DNA of 64,000 nucleotides from Macrostomum hystrix (Eukaryota; Animalia; Platyhelminthes), in NCBI GenBank assembly GCA_950097015.1, contig CATNEN010000009.1, forward strand, positions 372,001 to 436,000, written 5' to 3'. Shown here piece by piece: positions 1-12,000 of the stretch. Every line of letters starts with the position of its first letter. The first letter of the stretch is position 1. Made by a program: the position numbers and the translations under genes. The notes beneath the pieces were generated by a model. It was given only the letters and a program-made list of their open reading frames with translations, did no database searches and had not been told where the DNA came from.

Positions 1-3000
1 CAGTGTAGTGAGTTCCGCGCACAATGGTGTAGCCCTCAGCCAGACCGCGGGTGTCCTGCGGTACAACGGCATCGACAATGTCCTGATGGCACTTCACCTC
101 TGGACAGTCGCTGGGCTTGGCTTCCGGAGGACTTGTGCTAGCTGTCGCATGATCCTTGGCCTTCGCCGACGAAGTCGCCTTCGCCTGAGCGGCTTTGCTG
201 TTATCAGTCGATGGGCCGAGGCCCAGAGGATCCATGGTAGTGGAGGTCTGCGCCATTCCTGAATCCAGCGGCACCGTAAATGAGCCGAGTAGAGACGAGG
301 CGTTGCGACGGCCGAGGCGGCTGGACCGGAAGCGGCGCGAGAAGTTGCCGTGCAGCATCCGCATGGAGTCCGACTCGGGTCTGCGGGGGACAACGCTGAG
401 CGGCTAAGTATGCTGCGGGAATTGGAGAACTGTGGCACAAGAGTACGGATTACTGCACGAATGATGCTGATTAGGGTGGAAGGACGCGGATTAGGGCGGA
501 AGGACGCGGATTAGGGTGAATGGACGCGAATTAGGGTGAATGGACGCGGATTAGGGTGAATGGACGCGGATTAGGGTGAATGGACGCGGATTAGGGTGAA
601 TGGACGCGGATTAGGGTGAATGGACGCGGATTAGGGTGAATGGACGCGGATTAGGGTGAATGGACGCGGATTAGGGTGAATGGACGCGGATTAGGGTGAA
701 TGGACGCGGATTAGGGTGAATGGACGCGAATTAGGGTGAATGGACGCGGATTAGGGTGAATGGACGCGGATTAGGGTGAATGGGCGCGGATTAGGGCGGA
801 AGGACGCGGATTAGGGTGAATGGACGCGGATTAGGGTGGAAGGACGCGGATAAAAGCGGGTTGGAGGCGGGTGGATAAGGATGTGATGGTAAATTAGTTA
901 ATTAGTTAATTAGGTAAATTAGGACGGTAAGAAGGCGGATTAGAGTAAAAGGAGACGGCCACAGAGATTCAGCATAAAGGACCCACAGAAACAAGACCGA
1001 CTGGAACATATGAGGCCAATGCGGCAGATTTGCAAGCTAGGTGGCTGCCGATTCGGCACTCACAATGAGCCCGCACCGAGTCCTGAAGTCCTCACTGAAG
1101 TACATTCTCCCCCTACAGAGCTTTAAACAGGCAGGGAACTAAGGTGAGAATCGGAGCAGGTGTATCTGGCCTCACTTTGACTATCCTTCACACCCTGACC
1201 TGCCCACGCAAGGAAGAAAATTTAGACTAGAAAACTCGAGGCCTATTCGGCGAGCACAATTTCTTCCTCTTGACTCGCACAGCCTACAGTCTTTTATCCC
1301 TTTGATCTCAGAGATCTCAGAGAGCTAGGCTAGGTCGGGAACTGCAGCTAGGCTGGAAACTAATAGCTGACGGTGACACCTGCCAGTGCGAACAGCTCAC
1401 AACTGCTATTACCTCAGCTGCAGTGCAAATGACTAGAAAAGCAAGGAAAACTGCAGTTTATCCACAACCCAGACCACAGCCCAGACCAGCCCAAAGCCCA
1501 CAGCCCAGACCAGCCCACAGCCCAGACCAGCCCAAAGCCCACAGCCCAGACCAGCCCAAAGCCCACAGCCCAGACCAGCCCAAAGCCCACAGCCCAGACC
1601 AGCCCAAAGCCCACAGCCCAGACCACAGCCCAGACCAGCCCAAAGCCCACATCCCAGACCAGCCCAAAGCCCACAGCCCAGACCAGCCCAAAGCCCACAG
1701 CCCAGACCACAGCCCAGACCAGCCCAAAGCCCACAGCCCAGACCACAGACCAGACCAGAGACCACAGCCCAGACCACAGCCCAGACCACAGCCCAGACCA
1801 GACCACAGCCCAGACCAGCCCAAAGCCCACAGCCCAGACCAGCCCAAAGCCCACAGCCCAGACCACAGACCAGACCAGAGACCACAGCCCAGACCACAGC
1901 CCAGACCACAGCCCAGACCAGAGACCACAGCCCAGACCACAGCACAGACCACAGCCCAGACCAGACCACAGCCCAGACCACAGCACAGACCACAGACCAG
2001 ACCAGAGACCACAGCCCAGACCACAGCCCAGACCACAGCCCAGACCACAGCCCAAGCAGGCCGGAAGGACGCAGACCCACCTCCTTCGGAACATGATACG
2101 CAGCAGGGTATCCTCGAAGTAGATGATCTTCTCGCGCCTCTTCAGGTCGGGCCGCTGCTCGCACTGGCAATGGCGCCGGCAGGACAGGCTGACGTTGGAT
2201 GTGAAACTCGACCCGCCGACGCTGCCGGACCCGCCGATCGAATCCGCTAAGTTGCCGTCGTGAGTTGCGGGCTCCTTTCCGTGCAGAAGCTTGGCTGAGG
2301 CGGCCAGGTCCAGTGGAACCCCACGGCGTTTCTCCTCGCAGTAGTCCTTCAGGGCGTAGTTGGCCTGCCTGGATTGAATCTCCTTCACCCACAACAGATA
2401 GTGCGTGACGCGGCCGTTGGGTACCAGGGGCGGCTTCCAGTCCAGCCTGATCTCATCGCTGGCAGTCGCCTTGCCGTCAAACTGATGCGGCGGTGTCGGC
2501 TGTGTCGGCAGCGTCTCCACATAGATAATGCGGCTCTTGCTGCCGTACTCCTGCTGCCGCTCCAGCAAAATCTGCGGCATCACGAATAGCGCATAGCGAC
2601 TGGCGGGCCTCAGGTCCTGCGGGCGAATTTATGCAGATGCTCAATCCGATACTGCTCATCGAGCACTGGCTTATTGCTCATCCGATACTGCTCATCGAGC
2701 ACTGGCTTATTGCTCATCCGATACTGCTCATCGAGCACTGGCTTATTGCTCATCCGGGTGTGCTCATCCAATACTGCTCATCGAGCACTGGCTTACTGCT
2801 CATCCGATACTGCTCATCGAGCACTGGCTTACTGCTCATCCGATACTGCTCATCGAGCACTGGCTTACTGCTCATCCGATACTGCTCATCGAGCACTGGC
2901 TTACTGCTCATCCGATACTGCTCATCGAGCACTGGCTTACTGCTCATCCGATACTGCTCATCGAGCACTGGCTTACTGCTCATCCGATACTGCTCATCGA

Positions 3001-6000
3001 GCACTGGCTTACTGCTCATCCGATACTGCTCATCGAGCACTGGCTTTCTGCTCATCCAGGTCTGCTCATCCGATACTGCTCATCGAGCACTGGCTTACTG
3101 CTCATCCGATACTGCTCATCGAGCACTGGCTTACTGCTCATCCGATACTGCTCATCGAGCACTGGCTTACTGCTCATCCGATACTGCTCATCGAGCACTG
3201 GCTTTCTGCTCATCCAGGTCTGCTCATCCGATACTGCTCATCGAGCACTGGCTTTCTGCTCATCCAGGTTTGTTCATCCGATACTGCTCATCGAGCACTA
3301 GCATACTGCTCATCCGGCACTGGCTTACTGCTCATCCCGCACTGCTCACCCCTCAACTCACACTCTAGTTCTCACAACTGCTTGTCTGATCTAGTCTTAC
3401 TAAGTGAATTAAAAACTCAATTGTGTCATCGAGATTATATCAAGCTTCATCCAATTCCGATTTCATGAGTAGATGGGGCAGTCTTCTTGTTCCTACGTTG
3501 TAGATTCCCCGAGCAGCAATTTGGCACTTAAAGCAGTCACCAGCTTGCCTGCATGTTAACTACTCGTAATTTGCTCCAGAATGCAGAGCAGCTCAGTGGA
3601 AACAAGCAACTCTCAGTCCGGATGCACAGAAAACCTCATTTGAGCGAAACTTTCTTGTGACAAGCACGAAACCCGGTGGATAATTTGTGGGGCCAGGCTC
3701 TCTGATAAATTGCAAATGAAGCTTCGCGGGAGGCAACGCACTGCATATCAAATGACCTGCCCATCAAAGCAACGTAGAATTGCACTCAAGCAACTGGCCC
3801 CTGTCACTCAAAACAAGCTCGAATTGATTCGCAAGCCACTACCGCAACAGCACTGCGACCGCAATACTGAAACAGCATACAAAGTGCTGTGCTGCACCTA
3901 TTCAAGTAAACTGCTCCGACTTAAGAGACACGGCAGGCAGACAGACGGACATGAGTAGGCAGACAGGAGCAGGAAGACAGGGGCAGGCAAGCAGACAGGC
4001 AGACGGACATGAGTAGGCAGACAGGGGCAGGCAGACAGGGGCAGGCAGACATGGGCAGTCAGACAGGGGCAGGCAGACATGGGCAGTCAGACAGGGGCAG
4101 GCAGACATGGGCAGTCAGACAGGGGCGGGCAGACAGGGGCAGTCAGACAGGGGCAGTCAGACAGGGGCAGGCAGACAGGCAGGCAGACATGGGCAGGCAG
4201 ATAGGGGCAGTCAGACAGGGGCAGGCAGACAGGCAGGCAGACAGGGGCAGGCAGACAGGGGCAGGCAGACAGGGCAGGCAGACAGGACAGGCAGACAGGT
4301 TCTTCAAACCGGACAGACCTGGACAAACTTCTGGCACTGCCGCCTTCCCAGTCGGTTCTGACAGTCGCCGATGCACTGCGAGCAGTTCTGCAGATGGCAG
4401 GCGTTGGGCAATGGTTTGGGTGGCGGTGCCTTGCCGGTGGGGTCTGGCTCCGGCTTCTCCAGTGCGTAGACATTGTCACATGGTGAGAATGTTGTTTGCC
4501 ATTGCCGGATCTCGCAGGTGGAAGGGTCAGCATACTGGACAGTCTCATCGGGGCCAACCAGGCGATAATAGATGGAGTAGCCGAGCACGTAGCGCTGGTC
4601 GCTGACCACCAGGTCCGGCCAGTGCAGGATGACTCCGGTGGCGGACACCAAGCCGACGGCGATGTCAAAGGTCCGTTTGATGCAGTAGGCGAGGTCACCG
4701 TTTGTCTTGGGCGACAGATCCTCGAGCGCATTCACCTGGACACGAATGAATTACATGGCGGTGATGGCACTGAAATTAAATATGCTGAAACAGTCACACA
4801 AGCAATACGGAATGCCAGATAAGAGGCTCAGATAAGAGGATCAAACAAGGACATACGACACCTTTCAGATGCTCAACAGGACAAATGAGCTTGAGTACTG
4901 TGACCACAGCCCACTGCGCCACAGAACCTGCTACACTGCTCCGGTAATGCCGAATTGCAAAGGTGAAAAACAAAAACAAAAACTTACACAAGGGACACCC
5001 TCGGCTTATCTGCAGTGCCAGGTAAACAGCAGGAATGAAGCTAACTCAGCCTTATCTTAGCTTTGCTAGAACTCACGTGACCTCAGACAGCCCTCTGTGT
5101 ACATGATGAGTAAGAGACGGCTACTAGAATTTAGGAGCTCACAGGAAAATCTCCCGGGAACTTGCGATGCGGCCAAGCAAATCTCTGGCCAGCAGCCACT
5201 GCCTCCTGTTGCTCCTGTCCACTCTGCCCTGTCCCGATTGTCCAGCAGCCACTGCCTCCTGTTGCTCCTGTCCACTCTGCCCTGTCCCGATTGTCCAGCA
5301 GCCACTGCGTCCTGTTGCTCCTGTCCACTCTGCCCTGTCCCGATTGTCCAGCAGCCACTGCCTCCTGTTGCTCCTGTCCACTCTGCCCTGTCCCGATTGT
5401 CCAGCAGCCACTGCCTCCTGTTGCTCCTGTCCACTCTGCCCTGTCCCGATTGTCCAGCAGCCACTGCCTCCTGTTGCTCCTGTCCACTCTGCCCTGTCCC
5501 GATTGTCCACTATACACTGGCACTATTCAGCCTGTCGTTGTTGCCCAACTCAATTTCCTACTGTCCTCTTTTCCTATCCCTACCCCCTGCTTCCAGTCAA
5601 TTTATTCTCTAATTTGCGCGTGTCGAATGCGGTGAAGGGGCACTCGCACAATTGTTCACTCGAATAATAGTTCACTTGAATAATAGTTCACTTGAATAAT
5701 AGTTCACTTGAATAATAGTTCACTTGAATAATAGTTCACTTGAATAATAGTTCACTTGAATAATAGTTCACTTGAATAATAGTTCACTTGAATAATAGTT
5801 CACTTGAATAATAGTTCACTTGAATAATAGTTCACTTGAATAATAGTTCACTTGAATAATAGTTCACTCGCACAATAGTTCACTCGCACAATTGTTCACT
5901 CGCACAATTGTTCACTCGCACAATAGTTCACTCTCACAATTGTTCACTCGCACAATAGTTCACTCGCACAATAGTTCACTCGAAAAAATGTTCACTCGCA

Positions 6001-9000
6001 CAATTGTTCACTCGCACAATTGTTCACTCGCACCAACCTTCTCGGCCACGTCGAGTGTCTCGTTGACGAAGGTTTGAATTCGGTTGTAGCAGAGCCGCCT
6101 GTTCATGTAGAATTGCACTTTGCCTCGAGGCACGCGAACCCGCCTGCCGCCGGTGGTGTTCCACAGGTTCTGGAGGAAGTCCGTGTGCTCAATCTTGATG
6201 GTGGGCCTGCGGTATTCAGAATGCAGAGAGATTGCAGAGAGCTGAAACTGGCACTGGAGTGTCTGCACTGAAACTGGCACTGGAGTGTCTGCACTGAAAC
6301 TGGCACTGGAGTGTCTGCACTGAAACTGACACTGGAGTGTCTGCACTGTAACTGGCACTGGAGTGTCTGCACTGTAACTGGCACTGGAGTGTCTGCACTG
6401 AAACTGGCACTGGAGTGTCTGCACTGAAACTGGCACTGGAGTGTCTGCACTGTAACTGGCACTGGAGTGTCTGCACTGAAACTGGCACTGGAGTGTCTGC
6501 ACTGAAACTGGCACTGGAGTGTCTGCACTGAAACTGGCACTGGAGTGTCTGCACTGAAACTGGCACTGGAGTGTCTGCACTGAAACTGGCACTGGAGTGT
6601 CTGCACTGAAATTGGCACTGTAACTGGCACTGGAGTGTCTGCACTGAAACTGGCACTGTAACTGGCACTGAAACTGGCACTGGAGTGTCTGCACTGTAAC
6701 TGGCACTGGAGTGTCTGCACTGTAACTGGCACTGGAGTGTCTGCACTGTAACTGGCACTGGAGTGTCTGCACTGTAACTGGCACTGGAGTGTCTGCACTG
6801 TAACTGGCACTGGAGTGTCTGCAGTGCACCAAGGGCAAAGCGGCCCCCAGCTGATTAGTCTAAGATCTCGGCTCCGACAGGAACTGTTCGAATCCCTTTG
6901 ACTCAGGAAACTCACGGGAAGGCTAAAATTTGACTTTGACTCACCTTGCCGCTCGGGTGGCTTCATCAACAACGTGCTTGCCGTGGACCACGCGCAGATT
7001 CGACAGGAATGACAGGGAGGTCAGGTCTCGGGAGGTCGTCACCAACAGAAACTGTTGAATCTCCGTCAGGTTGCGGAAGTTCTCCTCCAGCTTGCGCTCA
7101 AGGTCGGCTGAGGAATGGCATTGGGGATTTGGGGATGGGCTGGGATCAGGATCCTGTTTCAGGAGGATCAGGATTCTGTTTCAGGAGGATCAGACAGTTA
7201 TGGGAATCGGGTAGGCTACAGTTTCGTAATAATATTGGGGATTTCAACGATTTGGTATTATATGTGGGTTGTGAAGATGAGATTCCTGACATTGGGTGAT
7301 TTGAGAGACTTAAAGATGAGATTCCTGACCTTGGGTGATTTGAGAGACTTGAAGATGAGATTCCTGACCTTGGGTGATTTGAGAGACTTAAAGATGAGAT
7401 TCCTGACATTGGGTGATTTGAGAGACTTGAAGATGAGATTCCTGACATTGGGTGATTTGAGAGACTTAAAGATGAGCTTCCTGACCTTGGGTGATTTGAG
7501 AGACTTAAAGATGAGCTTCCTGACCTTGGGTGATTTGAGAGACTTGAAGATGAGATTCCTGACATTGGGTGATTTGAGAGACTTGAAGATGAGATTCCTG
7601 ACATTGGGTGATTTGAGAGACTTTAAGATGAGATTCCTGACATTGGGTGATTTGAGAGACTTGAAGATGAGATTCCTGACATTGGGTGATTTGAGAGTCT
7701 TGAAGATGAGATTCCTGACATTGGGTGATTTGAGAGACTTGAAGATGAGATTCCTGACATTGGGTGATTTGAGAGACTTAAAGATGAGATTCCTGACCTT
7801 GGGTGATTTGAGAGACTTGAAGATGAGATTCCTGACCTTGGGTGATTTGAGAGACTTAAAGATGAGATTCCTGACATTGGGTGATTTGAGAGACTTGAAG
7901 ATGAGATTCCTGACATTGGGTGATTTGAGAGACTTAAAGATGAGCTTCCTGACCTTGGGTGATTTGAGAGACTTAAAGATGAGCTTCCTGACCTTGGGTG
8001 ATTTGAGAGACTTGAAGATGAGATTCCTGACATTGGGTGATTTGAGAGACTTGAAGATGAGATTCCTGACATTGGGTGATTTGAGAGACTTTAAGATGAG
8101 ATTCCTGACATTGGGTGATTTGAGAGACTTGAAGATGAGATTCCTGACATTGGGTGATTTGAGAGTCTTGAAGATGAGATTCCTGACATTGGGTGATTTG
8201 AGAGACTTGAAGATGAGATTCCTGACATTGGGTGATTTGAGAGACTTGAAGATGAGATTCCTGACATTGGGTGATTTGAGAGACTTGAAGATGAGATTCC
8301 TGACATTGGGTGATTTGAGAGACTTGAAGATGAGATTCCTGACATTGGGTGATTTGAGAGACTTGAAGATGAGATTCCTGACATTGGGTGGATTGAGAGT
8401 ATTGAAGATGAGATTCCTGACCTTGGGTGATTTGAGAGACTTGAAGATGAGATTCCTGACATTGGGTGATTTGAGAGACTTGAAGATGAGATTCCTGACA
8501 TTGGGTGATTTGAGAGACTTGAATATGAGATTCCTGACATTGAGCCTAGATAGAGTGTGATTAAATCGTTGAAAACTAATTCTAAGATACTATAGTCTAA
8601 AATATTGGGATTGAGTTTGGCAGGTTGGACGGAATGTAACTCGGAGACTGAAGGATTGTGAGACTGACATCTGGCATAACTGTTATCTATCGGTCAGGGT
8701 TGTGGCTAGGTGGACACTGAGGTAGAGCAGACAGCTACTTGAACTTGAAATCCTGCATCTGCGTGGCCTAATTAAAGCAGGCTGGTGAGGCGGACAGGTA
8801 AGGGGGACCCGCGGCCAGGCGCAGATGTCAGCTAGAGATAAGGCAAGGGAGAAGGAAGCCGGAGACAGATGGAAATCCCCAGTTGGCCAGCTCATCCCGG
8901 GCTTGTCAAGGCCAGATGAAAGCTGCGAATTTCCTTCCGTTGAAAACAGAGGCGGCAGGCCGACTAGGAAAATAATCCGGCAAACTGGCAAGACCTGCTA

Positions 9001-12000
9001 AACTGCAGGCAAAGCACTGGGAAGCAGCAATCCCATTTCCTGAAGACTAGGAAAAACAATCTCGGGCATTGGAGACTGAGCCGAACCTCAACCCCAAGTC
9101 AGTTTAATCACGCGATTAAACATTCGCGGACCTGCAAGCACGGATTTAGAGACAAAAGGCTGGGGAAGATTTTAAGCGGGACCACTCTAATATTTTCCCA
9201 ACCGGATTGAATGCAGCCCAATTGACAAGGGGAGAATGAAAATTCTTCTCAAAGCCGAGGACAAAAACGGTTTGATTATTCTAAACACGGAACTCGTGCC
9301 TTGCAGGACAATGAAATTTGGAAAGGTTGGCGAGATAGGCAATAAAAAGGTGGAAGTGGGGAATATCTTAACAGGAAAGGGAAAATCAGATAGGGATTTT
9401 TTATTTTGGGAAAGGGATGATTAGGATTATTGGAGGTGTTTAAGCTTCTGGGGAGACAGGTATATAACGGGCAGGCACAGGTACTGGCTCACGAATGTTA
9501 TCGGACAGGGCGATGATAAGCTGGCCGATGCTCGTGCAGCCCTTGACGGCCTCCAGGTCCTCGATGGAATGTACCAGCAGGCCGTCGCAGTAGCGCATGC
9601 AGTTAGTTTTGTCCATGCACTTTACGCAGGTGTGGTTAGTATCGATTTCGTAGCCCAGCGGGCATGTCTCCACGCAGGTGCCATTGAACAGCTTCATGCT
9701 GGTGGCCCTGGAGGACTGGAAGCTGCTCTTGGATATGGCGCTCTTGACTGAGTAGCGCCGGTTCAGGCAGTCGGCATGGCTGATGCACAGCCAGTTGTGA
9801 TGAGACACGTGGCTGGCGGGGCAGCGGTCAACGCAGCGGCCCTCCAGCATGAGGTGCCTGCAGGCTACACAGTCCGAGTCACTGGGTCCGTGGCAGCCAC
9901 CGAGGCAAGCCGAATGACAGCAGGCTGACGAGTTGCCGTTCAGCAGGCAGCCGCGGTCGCCACAGGCCGGGCTGCACAGACTCTGGCAGGTCTCGCGGCT
10001 CCAGCAGTACTCAGCGACTGGGCACTCATAGCTGAAAGGAATTCCGAGCGGTTTGAGCAGATATCAGCCTCAGACCAACGCATGGGAGCCCTCCGCTTAT
10101 TAATTAGGTCAACATATCCATCCCAAGCATTTTGCTACCAATTAATACAAATCCCACTGACATATCCCAATGATATGAATCCCCCTCAAATATCCCAATG
10201 ACGCGAATCACACTCAAATATCACAATGACACGAATCACACTCAAATATCCCAATGACACGAATCACACTCAAATATCCCAATGACACGAATCCCACTCA
10301 AATATCACAATGACACGAATCCCACTCAAATATCACAATGACACGAATCCCACTCAAATATCCCAATGATGCAAATCACACTCAAATATCCTAATGACGC
10401 GAATCACACTCAAATATCCCAATGACGCGAATCACACTCAAATATCCAAATGACACGAATCACACTCAAATATCCCAATGACACGAATCCCACTCAAATA
10501 TCCCTATGATGCGAATCCCACTCAAATATCCCAATGACACGAATCACACTCAAATATCCCAATGACGCGAATCACGAATCACATTTCAAATATCACAATG
10601 ACACGAATCACACTCAAATATCCCAATGACGTGAATCACACTCAAATATCCCAATGACACGAATCCCACTCAAATATCCCAATGACGCGAATCACGAATC
10701 ACATTTCAAATATCACAATGACACGAATCCCACTCAAATATCCCAATGACACGAATCACACTCAAATATCCCAATGACGTGAATCACACTCAAATATCAC
10801 AATGACACGAATCACGAATCACATTTCAAATATCACAATGACACGAATCACACTCAAATATCCCAATGACACGAATCACACTCAAATATCCCAATGACAC
10901 GAATCACACTCAAATATCCCAATGACACGAATCACACTCAAATATCCCAATGACGTGAATCACACTCAAATATCACAATGACACGAATCACGAATCACAT
11001 TTCAAATATCACAATGACACGAATCACACTCAAATATCCCAATGACACGAATCACACTCAAATATCCCAATGACACGAATCACACTCAAATATCCCAATG
11101 ACACGAATCACACTCAAATATCCCAATGACACGAATCACTGAAACTCAAATGTTGCGAAGAGACAAATGAATTTGATGTTCTGTTGACATAGGTATGCAC
11201 TTTCTGCAGTCTGACATGCTGCTGCATCAAACGCTGGTCAGATTCAACTATGCTGCGTGTTAATGCCGGGCCTGATTTTGATTCGGCCAGACAAAAGTAC
11301 AAACTTGGGTGTTTCCGGGACCTGTCCCCGCCCCTGCTCAAGCCCAACCCTTAGGGCAGTCTGCTGGGGATGACTAGCAGACTGAATCCCCAGCCAATCC
11401 CCTAGAGATTAGCCAGGATGCAGATGGCAGAGGCAATGAGAAATATGTAGCAACAAAGCGACTCAGCATGGAACAAGCGGGCAACAGACAGGTGCACGAA
11501 TGAGAACTGAGGCACTGGGAGCTGCTGCATAATTTAGGAGGCCACGGCAATCGGGCCAGGGAGCAGATGAAAAAAGCGATTTAATCTTGATGAAAAATTG
11601 GCTACCTGTCCGATACACGGAATATCAGAAAGCTGCAACAATCTGCTTGAGCAGATAATCCTTGATACCTGGGATTTGAGCACTCGCACGGCTCCCCTGG
11701 GATTCGGGGATCCTCCCATCACAGGAAATTAAAATCCCAACCTCCCCAACCGCTGCGCGGGAGAGCGAACGCAGGCGGACTCGGGTTTGAGCACAGGCCC
11801 AGCGGGAGAGCTGGGGAATGTCGGATCAAGGTAACTGGAAACAGAATTGGGAATAATTACTAATCAGGGAGATATCATAAACACACCGAAGAAGGATTGA
11901 GCAGTCTGTGAGCCGCTCTTGTTATCCACGGGGAATCGAAACTGACGCGCGCTGAAAAGCCCGCAACATACTTGGGACAACATTTATGTTGTGACACGAG

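Noticed and set aside
6845-6900. tRNA/SINE-like B-box GTTCGAATCC
   Set aside because: No cloverleaf, acceptor stem or convincing A-box.
7115-8560. Long ORFs made of repeated peptides (KMRFLTLGDLRDL, YQYRYPLGLSLF, GTPEYMSAGL, LNALCS, QPKAHSPD, CCSDTLTALTDSCIYI, etc.)
   Set aside because: They coincide exactly with stop-free tandem repeats, are often open in several frames on both strands, and mostly lie in introns of reconstructed genes. No evidence of coding.
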